NCBI GenBank assembly: GCA_007116145.1
Contig: SKJB01000015.1
Coordinates: forward strand, 22,101-86,100
Reading direction: 5' to 3'
DNA from: Limnochordia bacterium
Lineage (GTDB): Bacteria > Bacillota > Limnochordia > Darwinibacteriales > DTU012
Length of the DNA: 64,000 nucleotides
Below the pieces are notes generated by a model. It saw only the letters and a list, made by a program, of their open reading frames with translations, made no database searches and was not told the origin of the DNA. Positions within the stretch are counted from its first letter, which is position 1, and each line of letters opens with the position of its first letter. Position numbers and translations under genes: made by a program. This document shows, piece by piece, positions 10,155 through 19,782 of the stretch.

Positions 10155-10823
10155 GTGCAACGTAATATACTTTCCATTGTTGTCTGTCTATTGATTTTAG
10201 GGGTGTTTATGTTTGTGAATTCTAGTTTGTTCTATATTGAGTATTTGGAGTGGACAGGCATTCAGTACTTAACGGAGGAAGAGTTACTAGGCTATAGTGG
10301 GTTTAGTTCTCAAAATATCCTTAGGATTGATACTCGATTATTAGCCAATCAGGTTGCTAGTCACCCGTGGGTTTACGCAGCTAGTGCTAAGTGGTCATGG
10401 CCAAACATATTGACAGTTGCAGTCAAGGAACGGAGGCCATTAGCGATGGTGCCAATTGATAGTAGTTGGTTTCTGCTAGATGAAGCAGGTGTGTTGATGC
10501 CTCCACCGCTTGGTATACATATGTATGCACTTCCCTTGGTTACACATATGGATCCTGGTTCTACTGAGCAGTTGCGTGCGACGGCACGAATGCTAATGGC
10601 AATACCAGTGGATTTGTTAGATTTACTCTCGGAATGGAATGTTGCTGAAGGCGTATTTGTTACTCGTCAGGGCACACAGATATGGCTCGGAGACTTTCGA
10701 GATTTAGAACTTAAATTCGAAACTCTAGAATTAATATTAGCAGATTTGATTAATCGCAACAAGACAGCTACGCGTATCGATCTGCGAAGTGTCAGAAGTC
10801 CTGTTGTAATAGAAAGAAAATAA
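10155..10823 (+). CDS. ftsQ: Cell division protein FtsQ/DivIB (POTRA domain)
   Basis: One TM segment followed by a POTRA-like region (IEYLEWTGIQYLTEEELL...NILTVAVKERRPLAMV). I chose GTG 10155 because GAAAGGAG precedes it. The ORF track starts at 10062 inside murA. Confidence 0.75.
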   Translation: MQRNILSIVVCLLILGVFMFVNSSLFYIEYLEWTGIQYLTEEELLGYSGFSSQNILRIDTRLLANQVASHPWVYAASAKWSWPNILTVAVKERRPLAMVPIDSSWFLLDEAGVLMPPPLGIHMYALPLVTHMDPGSTEQLRATARMLMAIPVDLLDLLSEWNVAEGVFVTRQGTQIWLGDFRDLELKFETLELILADLINRNKTATRIDLRSVRSPVVIERK

Positions 10824-10906
10824 AAAAGGAGTAATTACTAAGAGGAAAACTCTTTTTTATGTGGAATTCATCAAAGAGGGAAACTGTGGAGCAAAGGGGT
10901 GATTAT

Positions 10907-11953
10907 ATGTTCGAATTCGATCAGCAAGGGGGTCAATTCGCAAATATAAAGGTAATTGGTGTTGGTGGCGGCGGAAACAATGCAGTAAATCGCATGATTA
11001 GTGCAGGTTTGCAGGGTGTACAGTTTATTTCCTTAAATACGGATGCGCAAGCCTTGCTTATCTCTGAAGCGAATGATAAAATTCAGCTTGGTGAGAAACT
11101 GACTAAAGGCTTAGGAGCAGGATCGAATCCAGAAATTGGGCAGCGTTCCGCCGAAGAAAGCAAAGAGGATATACGTGCAGCGCTTCAAGGTGCCGATATG
11201 GTTTTTATCACTGCAGGAATGGGTGGCGGTACTGGAACTGGAGCCGCTCCGATTGTAGCTGAAATTGCCAAAGAAGTTGGTGCCTTAACAGTGGGGGTTG
11301 TAACTAAACCTTTTACGTTCGAGGGAAAACGCCGATTACAGCAAGCAGAACGAGGGATTGATTTATTAAAAGCAGAGGTTGATACGTTAATCACCATACC
11401 GAATGATCGGTTGCTGCAAGTAGTAGATAAACGCACTAGCATGGTGGATGCGTTTAAAACAGCTGATGATGTTTTGCGCCAGGGTGTACAAGGAATATCT
11501 GATCTGATTACGGTACCCGGACTGATTAATCTTGATTTTGCGGATGTACGCACGATTATGACAGACGCAGGTTCCGCTTTAATGGGTATTGGTCAAGCTT
11601 CTGGGGATGATCGAGCAATTCAAGCGGCAAAAATGGCCATTTCTAGTCCTCTACTTGAGGCATCCATCCAAGGAGCGAAGGGTATTCTCTTAAGTTTGAG
11701 CGGGAGTTCTAGTTTGGGTCTGTTTGAGGTGAATGAAGCCGCTGAGATCATATCCCAAGCAGCAGATCCAGATGCACATATTATTTTTGGTGCCGTTATT
11801 GATGAGGAATTGCAGGATCAGATTAGAGTGACGGTAATCGCCACGGGTTTTAATACAAAACCAAAAGCCGAGAAACAGTCAAAGCCTGAGCCTGATATTC
11901 GTCCTTTTGGTAGTGATGATTTGGATATACCCGCATTTTTGCGTAGTAAGTAA
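10907..11953 (+). CDS. ftsZ: Cell division GTPase FtsZ
   Basis: Motifs [17 protein letters not shown] and the tubulin signature [10 protein letters not shown]. The conserved C-terminal peptide [10 protein letters not shown] is present. The start ATG 10907 follows AAAGGGG. Confidence 0.97.
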   Translation: MFEFDQQGGQFANIKVIGVGGGGNNAVNRMISAGLQGVQFISLNTDAQALLISEANDKIQLGEKLTKGLGAGSNPEIGQRSAEESKEDIRAALQGADMVFITAGMGGGTGTGAAPIVAEIAKEVGALTVGVVTKPFTFEGKRRLQQAERGIDLLKAEVDTLITIPNDRLLQVVDKRTSMVDAFKTADDVLRQGVQGISDLITVPGLINLDFADVRTIMTDAGSALMGIGQASGDDRAIQAAKMAISSPLLEASIQGAKGILLSLSGSSSLGLFEVNEAAEIISQAADPDAHIIFGAVIDEELQDQIRVTVIATGFNTKPKAEKQSKPEPDIRPFGSDDLDIPAFLRSK

Positions 11954-11956
11954 GAA

Positions 11957-12019
11957 AAAGCCGAGATGAGCTTGTGCGAAGACGCATGTTTTGCACGAGC
12001 TCATTTCGGCTTTTTTTTT
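11957..12019. terminator. Long hairpin plus T-run, shared by convergent ftsZ (+) and sigE (-)
   Basis: GCCGAGATGAGCTTGTGC (from 11960) pairs with GCACGAGCTCATTTCGGC, with two G-U wobbles. Nine T residues follow at 12011-12019, and AAAAA precedes the stem. Confidence 0.8.
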
Positions 12020-12749
12020 ATTCCATTTTGCGGATTTCTCGTTTCAGTTTTTTGAGTATCTTCTTTTCTAGGCGGGAGATGTAGGATTGTGAAATTCCCA
12101 GCATATCGGCTACTTCCCGTTGGGTTTTTTCTAGTCCATCAGTATTTAACCCAAACCGTAGCTCCATAATTGTCTTCTCGCGCCCTGTTAATTTTTGGAG
12201 TGCAGTCATCAATAAGGCCTTATCTACTTCCTCTTCAATATATCGGACAACATCACTGTCACTTCCCACAACATCCGCTAAGACTAATTCATTACCATCC
12301 CAGTCAGTATTTAGCGGTTCATCAAAGGATACTTCTGCCCTTATTTTGCTAGTTCTACGCAAGTACATTAAGATCTCATTTTCAATACAACGAGATGCAT
12401 AAGTAGCTAACTTAATATTTTTGTTCGGATCGAAAGTGTTTACCGCTTTAATTAAGCCAATAGTTCCAATGGATACTAGATCCTCAACAGAGATCCCGGT
12501 ATTCTCAAACTTGCGCGCAATATATACAACTAAGCGTAGGTTTCGTTCAATCAACGGTGACTTGACGGACAAATCGCCTTCTTTTAATTTACCTAAGAGT
12601 CTCGCCTCTTCTTCTGTACTTAAAGGTGGTGGTAATACTTCACTGCTACCCACGTAATAAATTGGTGGAGTTACTTTGATTTTAGTTAGTATCCGTATAA
12701 TCGTTAGGCGGAACCAAAACCTAAACTTTGGAATGGGTAGAAGCTGCAT
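12018..12749 (-). CDS. sigE: Sporulation sigma factor pro-sigma-E
   Basis: The N-terminal pro-sequence [13 protein letters not shown]...[23 protein letters not shown] matches the pro-sigma-E pattern. Sigma-70 regions 2-4 follow. ATG 12749 is preceded by GAAGGAGG. The ORF track extends to 12875, overlapping spoIIGA. Confidence 0.92.
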   Translation of the reverse strand: MQLLPIPKFRFWFRLTIIRILTKIKVTPPIYYVGSSEVLPPPLSTEEEARLLGKLKEGDLSVKSPLIERNLRLVVYIARKFENTGISVEDLVSIGTIGLIKAVNTFDPNKNIKLATYASRCIENEILMYLRRTSKIRAEVSFDEPLNTDWDGNELVLADVVGSDSDVVRYIEEEVDKALLMTALQKLTGREKTIMELRFGLNTDGLEKTQREVADMLGISQSYISRLEKKILKKLKREIRKME

Positions 12750-13704
12750 GCGAATGGCCTCCTTCACGTAACGATTCGAATTCGGTGTTTGAATGAACGA
12801 TATTATGTAGAATTTCAGGTGGCATAAGGGCCTGATAGTTACCCTCTGGATCAAGCTTTCGATAATGAATTCCAATAATAGTATTAGTAATGCGTTGCTT
12901 GACCCCTTCGCTAATTACATTAATACCATCGGGGCGAAAGCCAATTAACAAGCCATTATCCTTTCCTAATGATGAGAATGGAATTACGCGCAAGCGAGTT
13001 GCTAGATCGTTTGCTGACAATATTTGAGAGAATGTGTTAGTGTTCCCCACATCTAATTGTCTGATAACGTCTGCCACATCTGCACGAAATAATTTGCTGA
13101 TTGCTTCATATTCGACGACGATTACAGAATGATTCATCAACGGATCTCGCAATCTATTCCCCGTGTCCACCAACGAATCCACCCGAATGGTCTGGTCTTT
13201 CCAAAGTATCTCAATTGGTATTTGATAGACATGCTTAAAAATGCGCTTTTGGACAATTCCCCAACCCAGTTCCCCAATGCCCAGAATCATCGCGATAGCT
13301 ACAAATATACCGATTGTAGTCTGTGGATTTGTTGGTGTACCAAAGAGATAAGCTGCTCCGATCCCCGCGCCGGCGCTACTGAAACCAATAGCATAGAAGT
13401 AACCTAATACTGATAGCATCCGTTTCTTGTTTAGTGGATAGAAAGCGATTAATACCATAATAATGGAGACAATAAGAATTACAGGAAAGAAACGTAACAA
13501 ACCATAATACGGTATTAAGCGAAAACTAGCCATTAAAAAAAGCAAATAGTGCAATGTTCCAGCTATTGCTGCTAAGGATAAGCGACCCCGATTTGTAGGT
13601 GTGCGTGTAACTTCAGCTGTCGCCCATAATAATAGAAATTCAAACACGAAGTTTGCAAAAAGTCGAACGATCCATGCATCAATATAAATGACGTATCCTG
13701 GCAC
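12721..13704 (-). CDS. spoIIGA: Sigma-E processing aspartic protease SpoIIGA
   Basis: Five N-terminal TM segments and a C-terminal domain with the DTGN catalytic motif ([14 protein letters not shown]). I chose GTG 13704 because a run of seven G residues sits 5 nt upstream. The ORF track starts at ATG 13722, which has no SD. Confidence 0.88.
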   Translation of the reverse strand: MPGYVIYIDAWIVRLFANFVFEFLLLWATAEVTRTPTNRGRLSLAAIAGTLHYLLFLMASFRLIPYYGLLRFFPVILIVSIIMVLIAFYPLNKKRMLSVLGYFYAIGFSSAGAGIGAAYLFGTPTNPQTTIGIFVAIAMILGIGELGWGIVQKRIFKHVYQIPIEILWKDQTIRVDSLVDTGNRLRDPLMNHSVIVVEYEAISKLFRADVADVIRQLDVGNTNTFSQILSANDLATRLRVIPFSSLGKDNGLLIGFRPDGINVISEGVKQRITNTIIGIHYRKLDPEGNYQALMPPEILHNIVHSNTEFESLREGGHSHAASTHSKV

Positions 13705-13810
13705 TAAAACCCCCCCTAACATATTTTGGCAATCTTATACTATCATATTATCTGAATGAGGGAAAGATTCCTCCTTTGTCTAACCATATTTCTAGAGTAA
13801 TGGGTATTCG

Positions 13811-13839
13811 GAATAGATTCGTCTAAAGCTGGCAATACT
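13811..13839 (+). promoter_or_regulatory. Candidate forespore-type (sigma-F/sigma-G) promoter of sigG
   Basis: GAATA (13811-13815), a 15-nt spacer, then GGCAATACT (13831-13839), about 35 nt upstream of the sigG start. It resembles the GnATA / GGnnAnAnT forespore promoter pattern. This is pattern matching only. Confidence 0.35.
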
Positions 13840-13874
13840 GATTTCTGTAAGTGGAAGTAAAGGGGGACAAATAA

Positions 13875-14651
13875 ATGAACAAAGTGGAAATATGTGGTGT
13901 TAATACAGCGAAACTACCTGTTCTAACTAATAAAAAGATGAAAGAGCTACTAGCAAACATTCGCGATGGAGATCCTACTGCTCGTGAAGAAATGGTGCAA
14001 GGTAACTTACGATTAGTACTTAGTGTAATTCAGCGTTTTAATAATCGCGGTGAATTTGTGGATGATTTATTTCAAGTAGGATGTATTGGTCTTATGAAGG
14101 CGATAGATAATTTTGATCTTGGTCAAAATGTCAAGTTCTCAACCTACGCAGTGCCGATGATTATTGGCGAAATTCGTCGCTACTTACGGGATAACAATCC
14201 GATTCGCGTAAGTCGTTCTCTGCGAGATATCGCTTATAAAGCATTGCAGGTGCGGGATAATCTTGCAAACAAATACTCAAAAGAACCAACAGTTGGGCAA
14301 ATTGCTGAAGAGTTACAAATCCCTCGTGAAGAGATTGTGTTCGCTCTCGATGCAATCCAAGAGCCAATATCCCTATTCGAACCAATTTATCATGATGGAG
14401 GCGATCCGATTTTCGTTATGGATCAGATCAGTGATGATAAGAATTTGGATGGAAATTGGCTAGAAGGTGTATCCATCAAAGAAGGAATGACTCGCTTAAA
14501 CGAACGAGAAAAATTGATTCTAACTATGCGTTTTTATGATGGACGTACCCAAATGGAAGTTGCAGATGAAATTGGTATATCTCAAGCTCAAGTATCGCGG
14601 TTGGAAAAAGCAGCACTAAAGCACTTGCGGCGATACATGGCCACATCGTAA
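13875..14651 (+). CDS. sigG: Sporulation sigma factor sigma-G
   Basis: NKVEICGVNTAKLPVL...GNLRLVLSVIQRFNNRGEFVDDLFQVGCIGLMKAIDNFD...FSTYAVPMIIGEIRRYLRDNNPIRVSRSLRD closely matches the sigma-G signature. An AAAGGGGG SD is present. Confidence 0.95.
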   Translation: MNKVEICGVNTAKLPVLTNKKMKELLANIRDGDPTAREEMVQGNLRLVLSVIQRFNNRGEFVDDLFQVGCIGLMKAIDNFDLGQNVKFSTYAVPMIIGEIRRYLRDNNPIRVSRSLRDIAYKALQVRDNLANKYSKEPTVGQIAEELQIPREEIVFALDAIQEPISLFEPIYHDGGDPIFVMDQISDDKNLDGNWLEGVSIKEGMTRLNEREKLILTMRFYDGRTQMEVADEIGISQAQVSRLEKAALKHLRRYMATS

Positions 14652-14667
14652 AAAGGGAGATGACATA

Positions 14668-15354
14668 ATGTTTATACGAGTGATGAGTACAAGGATAATG
14701 GTGAGTTTTTGTATTTTGGTGTTAGCCATGATAGTTGGGTTATTTGGATTTAACTTTGGCGAATCAATTCATGCGGAGACAGCGTATTCGAGTGATAACT
14801 TGCTTCGTTTACATATTTTGGCTAATAGTAACAGTCCAAGTGATCAAGACTTGAAGCTACAAGTACGCGACGCTGTTTTGCTTGCTGCTCATGAAATCTT
14901 TTCGGGTGTCGCCTCGCGAGAGGAAGCAATTGTGTACATTACGAATAATTGGGAATCTATGAGAAAAATAGCACTAGATACCGTTTCCAACGAAGGTTTT
15001 TCTTACGATGTCAGTCTAGAATTAGGTAATTATGTATTCCCCGATCGTAACTATGGTGACTTTTTACTACCAGCTGGTCATTATGATGCATTACGAATTG
15101 TGATTGGAGAGGGACGCGGAGAGAATTGGTGGTGTGTCCTATTCCCACCATTATGCTTCGTAAGCATGGATGATGACAAGGAAATGGACAAATTGGTCTC
15201 AGTAGCAACCCACTTAGAAGCGGGTGACATAGAATTTCGCTGGAAGTTATGGGATCACTTAAGGAAAAAAGAATATGCAAGTACCCTCCAACAATGGTGG
15301 CAAGCTAGTTTAAATGGTGCGCATGCAGTTTCTCTGCCTCTGCTTAAGTTCTGA
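14668..15354 (+). CDS. spoIIR: Stage II sporulation protein R (signal for pro-sigma-E processing)
   Basis: Signal/TM segment followed by the LRLHILANSNSPSDQDLKLQVRDAVL motif, NWWCVLFPPLCF and other SpoIIR signatures. Confidence 0.9.
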   Translation: MFIRVMSTRIMVSFCILVLAMIVGLFGFNFGESIHAETAYSSDNLLRLHILANSNSPSDQDLKLQVRDAVLLAAHEIFSGVASREEAIVYITNNWESMRKIALDTVSNEGFSYDVSLELGNYVFPDRNYGDFLLPAGHYDALRIVIGEGRGENWWCVLFPPLCFVSMDDDKEMDKLVSVATHLEAGDIEFRWKLWDHLRKKEYASTLQQWWQASLNGAHAVSLPLLKF

Positions 15355-15355
15355 T

Positions 15356-15392
15356 AGAAACAGTCCGTTTCATTGACTGTTTCTATTTTTTT
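15356..15392 (+). terminator. Rho-independent terminator after spoIIR
   Basis: Perfect 10-bp stem AGAAACAGTC / GACTGTTTCT with a 9-nt loop, followed by ATTTTTTT. Confidence 0.8.
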
Positions 15393-15434
15393 CTATTCTG
15401 CATATATATATAAAGAGGATGAGGAGGCGTGGAG

Positions 15435-15716
15435 GTGTATATACGCACGTCAGAATTAAGACAGCTCGATGTCGTTAATGTGGAAGATGGTTCTATTGTT
15501 GGTAATGTTTGTGATGTGGATGTAGATCCAGATACGGGTCGTTTAAGATCCTTGATTCTAGATCGTCCGAGCGGAAGATTTTTCCGATTCTTACGTCATG
15601 ATGATTTAGAACTCCCGTGGGAGGAAGTTATCCTTGTTGGAATTGATGTCGTGCTTATTCGTGCGAAGTCTGAAAAAAATTCGAAACACCAAACGTGGCA
15701 TGGGCGAAAGATATAG
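15435..15716 (+). CDS. ylmC: YlmC/YmxH family sporulation protein (PRC-barrel)
   Basis: The [36 protein letters not shown] pattern is typical of YlmC/YmxH. The start could be GTG 15429 or GTG 15435. Confidence 0.8.
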   Translation: MYIRTSELRQLDVVNVEDGSIVGNVCDVDVDPDTGRLRSLILDRPSGRFFRFLRHDDLELPWEEVILVGIDVVLIRAKSEKNSKHQTWHGRKI

Positions 15717-15757
15717 GGTATAATGGAAACAAAGAGATTTTAGGGAGGAAAGATAAC

Positions 15758-16216
15758 GTGCGCTGCCCATTTTGTTTCCATCAAGAGAGTAAAGTGTTAG
15801 ATTCACGTTCAACAGAAGAAGGGGCTTCTATTCGCCGCCGCCGAGAATGCGCTAGTTGTGCTAGACGATTTACAACATATGAACGATTAGATGAGGTCCC
15901 ATTTATGGTTATAAAAAAGGACGGGCGCCGCGAACCATTTGCCAGACCAAAGATACTCACAGGTATACTAAGAGCCTGCGAAAAACGGCCCATATCTTTG
16001 GATCAGATAGAAGCGATGATCGATGGCATAGAAAAGGAAGTTCGTAATCAAATGGAAAGGGAAGTCTCTTCGGATATAATCGGTCAAGTTGTCATGGATC
16101 AATTAAAGACCCTTGATGAAGTGGCCTACGTGCGGTTTGCTTCGGTGTACAGACAGTTTAAAGACATTAATAGCTTTCTTGCAGAACTACAGCAGTTGCT
16201 TAAAGGAGATTCGTAG
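15758..16216 (+). CDS. nrdR: Transcriptional repressor NrdR
   Basis: Zinc ribbon CPFC...CASC followed by an ATP-cone. GTG 15758 is preceded by GGGAGG. The ORF track starts at 15695. Confidence 0.95.
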   Translation: MRCPFCFHQESKVLDSRSTEEGASIRRRRECASCARRFTTYERLDEVPFMVIKKDGRREPFARPKILTGILRACEKRPISLDQIEAMIDGIEKEVRNQMEREVSSDIIGQVVMDQLKTLDEVAYVRFASVYRQFKDINSFLAELQQLLKGDS

Positions 16217-16218
16217 TT

Positions 16219-16986
16219 ATGTGGCAACGTCGAGAGATTAAAGGTCATGCTTTGTGGCAGGTTGTAGCATGGCAGGATTTAGCATGGCTAGTTCACGGTG
16301 TTACCACGCGGGGTAGTGGAAATCTCGCGTTGCATATTGGTGATAATCCGAAAGCAGTGATTGACCATCGTCTGGACTTAAGCCAGAGTTTAGGAGTGAC
16401 ACTCGATGATTGGGTGACAGGAAATCAAGTCCATCAAGCAGAGATAGCCAATGTCACCCAAGAGCTACGGGGTATGGGATCACACCAAGCACAGACAGCC
16501 TTAGCGGCAACCGATGGGTTGCTTACTAACCAATCAGATCTATTGCTCGCTAGCTTCTACGCGGACTGTGTACCGTTATTATTTATCGAACGTAGTTCTC
16601 AAGCAATCGCTCTCGCTCACGCTGGATGGCGTGGCACGGTGCTAAATATTGCAGCTAAGATGGTAAAAAAAATGCAGCAGCAGTACAACGTTCGTGCACA
16701 AGACATAGAGGTTGGCATTGGTCCTGCTATTGGACCTTGCTGCTATGAGGTCGGATCTGAAGTGGCTTCACAGTTTGATCCGAAGGTAGTACAGGTAAAC
16801 CACCAGAACTCAACACTGAATTTAAAAGAGGCTAACTATCTAAAGTTAGTTGAAGCGGGGGTAGTACGTGAAAATATCCACTGTAGCTTGTTATGTACAA
16901 GTTGTGAATCGGAGTTTTTTTCCTATCGCCGCGAGGGATTAACAAGTGGTCGTATTGCAGCTATAATATTGCAACGAGATGTTTAA
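16219..16986 (+). CDS. pgeF: Peptidoglycan editing factor PgeF (YfiH/YlmD, DUF152 family)
   Basis: Motifs TTRGSGNLALH, ADCVPLLF, AHAGWRG and GPCCYEV, typical of the YfiH/YlmD family. Confidence 0.85.
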   Translation: MWQRREIKGHALWQVVAWQDLAWLVHGVTTRGSGNLALHIGDNPKAVIDHRLDLSQSLGVTLDDWVTGNQVHQAEIANVTQELRGMGSHQAQTALAATDGLLTNQSDLLLASFYADCVPLLFIERSSQAIALAHAGWRGTVLNIAAKMVKKMQQQYNVRAQDIEVGIGPAIGPCCYEVGSEVASQFDPKVVQVNHQNSTLNLKEANYLKLVEAGVVRENIHCSLLCTSCESEFFSYRREGLTSGRIAAIILQRDV

Positions 16987-17052
16987 GGCACAGCGCACTA
17001 AATGGAGGGATATCAGTTGTGTTTGTCGAACAAATTTAGATGAGGTGGTTTT

Positions 17053-19392
17053 GTGAAAGAACAACGGGGATCGAGAAAAGCTAACCCGATGAATTCGCGT
17101 CGGCGAGAGATTTGTGGTACATTATTGTTTTGCTTTGCAGCATTTTCGATCGTTAGTCTGTATGTACAAACAGCAGGTATAATTGGTTATCAATTACGAT
17201 CATGGTTTCAGTTGCTATTTGGACAAATGGCGGTTCTATTCGTTCTTATTCTATTGATTTTCTCAATTCAAGTTTTTAAGGGAATATTTTGGCCCATTAA
17301 ATGGAAAAGACATATTGGTTGGTCACTGATGGTCATAACGGGGATTACCTTATATCATTTTCTCGAAGTGTATCAAGGATATCAGCTTCCACCATCTCTG
17401 GTTGAAGAGCTACAACATGCGCGCATAGGTCTTGGGGCAGGCTGGTTAGGTGCCTTAAGCATGGTGATTTTCTTGTCAGCTTTTGGGCTGCCCGGTACCT
17501 ACATTATTTTAAGTGGATTGTTCTTAACTGGGTTGCTTTTGGCTTTTGATATCTCTTTGTTAGCACTCATCAATGCTTTTGTGGGATTTTTAATCGGTTT
17601 ATGGCAGAATGGATGGCAGAGTGTAGTCGACAGTATTAATGGCCAGAGAGCAGCTTTCACACAGTGGCAAGAGAAGCGCAAGCTTGTGCAAATAGAGAAT
17701 ACGATTGATGCAAAAACAGCGAAAAAGCAAGTCAAACAAAAGCAACCGAAGAAGCAGAAATCCGAGGTAGTCTATGAGCCAGTAGAAGAAATTTTCGTTG
17801 ATCCTTGGCCCGAAGACGACGATTATCCAGATGATGTAGATGAGGCTGCTGTTTCGAACGATGAAGATACTCACGTTATTGAGACACCACAACCTACTAA
17901 TGTTAGTAAGATGGGTGCCTTACCAGAAGCCAGTTCAACGATGGAGGGATCATTAGCTGTCGTTGATACAGCTATCGTCCAAAATTACCGCTTGCCACCG
18001 ATTTATCTCCTGAAAAAAGCGTCACTTAAGTCCAAGCGAGGTGGCGGAGAGAGTAAACAACGTTTATTAGAAGATACTTTCACGAGTTTCGGTATTTCGG
18101 CGAAGGTAGTAAATATCTGCCAAGGGCCGGTTGTGACCCGCTATGAGTTGCAGCTAGCTCCTGGGATTAAGGTAAGCAAGATCACAGCTTTAGCCGACGA
18201 TTTAGCGTTGGCTTTGGCTGCTGCTGATGTTCGGATAGAGGCGCCTGTACCAGGGAAGTCAGTGATAGGTATTGAAGTCCCGAACAAAGTAACACAGCCT
18301 GTTTTGTTACGGGATGTAATAGAGCATCCAGCCTTTGCAGAGAATTCTTCTAAAGTTACATTAGCACTTGGAAAAGATATAGCTGGTAATCCAGTAATAG
18401 CTGATTTGAAGAAATGGTTGCATTTATTAGTGGCAGGTTCTACAGGCTCGGGTAAGAGTGTCTGTTTAAACTCAATCATCGCAAGTATTCTTTATAATGC
18501 CGACCCTAATGAAGTTAAACTGCTCATGATCGATCCAAAGCGTGTGGAGCTTGCTATTTACGATGGGATTCCACACCTGATCTCGCCTGTTGTCACCGAT
18601 CCAAAGAAAGCGGCTATCGCATTACGATGGGCGGTTGTTGAGATGGAACGGCGATATAAGCTGTTTTCGGACACAGCAGTACGTAATATTGATATGTATT
18701 CTGCTTTACCAAAGGAAGACGCAGACGGCAAAGAACGAGAGCATCTCCCCTTTATTGTTATTATTGTCGATGAATTAGCTGATTTGATGATGGTTGCCGC
18801 TAATGATGTGGAAGAGGCCATTTGTCGTATCGCCCAGATGGCTCGAGCTGCTGGGATGTATTTGGTTATTGCCACCCAACGTCCGTCCGTTGATGTTATT
18901 ACTGGATTGATAAAGGCAAATGTCCCAAGTCGCATTTCTTTTGCGGTGTCTAGTCAAGTAGATTCTCGAACTATTTTAGACATGGCAGGAGCCGAGCGTT
19001 TAATCGGTAAAGGAGATATGTTGTTTTATCCTATTGGAGCATCGAAACCCTCACGAGCTCAGGGGGCCTGGATATCTGACAGTGAAGTAGAAGCCTTGGT
19101 TCGTTTTTGGAAGAAGCAGGGAGAACCTGAGTATACAGAGCAAGTGATGACCCCAACAGTTGAGGTTAGCCCAGAAGCAAATCAAGAAGAGGATACACTT
19201 TTGGAGGATGCTATTCAGTTGGTGATTGAGAACGGACAAGCTTCTATTTCCATGCTTCAACGGCGATTCCGCATTGGATATGCGCGCGCTGCGCGCTTGA
19301 TTGATATGATGGAAGTTAAATCTATTGTTGGTCCATATCAGGGTAGCAAAGCACGAGAAGTCTTGGTTGATAATGTTAGTATTGAGAGGTGA
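17053..19392 (+). CDS. ftsK: DNA translocase FtsK/SpoIIIE
   Basis: N-terminal TM segments, an acidic linker, a motor domain with Walker A GSTGSGKS and Walker [13 protein letters not shown], and a C-terminal gamma winged helix ([21 protein letters not shown]). Confidence 0.93.
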   Translation: MKEQRGSRKANPMNSRRREICGTLLFCFAAFSIVSLYVQTAGIIGYQLRSWFQLLFGQMAVLFVLILLIFSIQVFKGIFWPIKWKRHIGWSLMVITGITLYHFLEVYQGYQLPPSLVEELQHARIGLGAGWLGALSMVIFLSAFGLPGTYIILSGLFLTGLLLAFDISLLALINAFVGFLIGLWQNGWQSVVDSINGQRAAFTQWQEKRKLVQIENTIDAKTAKKQVKQKQPKKQKSEVVYEPVEEIFVDPWPEDDDYPDDVDEAAVSNDEDTHVIETPQPTNVSKMGALPEASSTMEGSLAVVDTAIVQNYRLPPIYLLKKASLKSKRGGGESKQRLLEDTFTSFGISAKVVNICQGPVVTRYELQLAPGIKVSKITALADDLALALAAADVRIEAPVPGKSVIGIEVPNKVTQPVLLRDVIEHPAFAENSSKVTLALGKDIAGNPVIADLKKWLHLLVAGSTGSGKSVCLNSIIASILYNADPNEVKLLMIDPKRVELAIYDGIPHLISPVVTDPKKAAIALRWAVVEMERRYKLFSDTAVRNIDMYSALPKEDADGKEREHLPFIVIIVDELADLMMVAANDVEEAICRIAQMARAAGMYLVIATQRPSVDVITGLIKANVPSRISFAVSSQVDSRTILDMAGAERLIGKGDMLFYPIGASKPSRAQGAWISDSEVEALVRFWKKQGEPEYTEQVMTPTVEVSPEANQEEDTLLEDAIQLVIENGQASISMLQRRFRIGYARAARLIDMMEVKSIVGPYQGSKAREVLVDNVSIER

Positions 19393-19397
19393 AATCG

Positions 19398-19775
19398 ATG
19401 TTGGAGGAACTGGGTGCGACACTTCAACAAGCTAGGCAGAAGAAATCTCTTAGTTTAGAGGAACTAGAGATTCGAACAAAGATAAAAGTTCGCTATCTAG
19501 ATGCCATTGAATGTGGCGACTTGAGTAGATTGCCAGCAGAGGTATATCTAAAGGGTTTTCTGCGGGGATATGCAAAAGTAGTAGGATTAGATCCAGATGA
19601 GATTATCACCCAATACCAGTATGTGACATCGTCTGATAGCGCACAAGATCATCGTAGGCAGCTACGTCGAAAGAAAGTGGCCGCTAGGCGGCTTGGACGA
19701 ATAATCGCTCTTAGTGTTGTTTTGGTCGTCAGTCTTGCATATTTAGCTTATAATTATAGTAAATCTCTTATGTAA
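19398..19775 (+). CDS. RodZ-like helix-turn-helix membrane protein
   Basis: XRE-type HTH (LGATLQQARQKKSLSLEELEIRTKIKVRYLDAIE), the motif YLKGFLRGYAK, and a C-terminal TM segment. It is short (125 aa) compared with full-length RodZ. Confidence 0.6.
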   Translation: MLEELGATLQQARQKKSLSLEELEIRTKIKVRYLDAIECGDLSRLPAEVYLKGFLRGYAKVVGLDPDEIITQYQYVTSSDSAQDHRRQLRRKKVAARRLGRIIALSVVLVVSLAYLAYNYSKSLM

Positions 19776-19782
19776 GGGAGTT

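Noticed and set aside
12750-12875. N-terminal 42-codon extension of the sigE ORF in the ORF track
   Set aside because: The extension lies inside the spoIIGA coding region. ATG 12749 has a strong GAAGGAGG SD and yields a canonical pro-sigma-E N-terminus.
13766-13775. Strong SD-like AAAGGAGGAA on the minus strand, about 50-60 nt upstream of the candidate spoIIGA starts
   Set aside because: No ATG, GTG or TTG lies within 5-12 nt downstream, and the in-frame upstream codons hit a stop at 13735-13737. It is probably fortuitous or part of the divergent promoter region.
13775-13830. Spo0A-box-like sequences TTTGTCTAA (13775-13783) and TTCGTCTAA (13817-13825) in the spoIIGA/sigG divergent region
   Set aside because: Each has one or two mismatches to TGTCGAA, and I cannot position them relative to a mapped TSS. 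I kept this as a note only.
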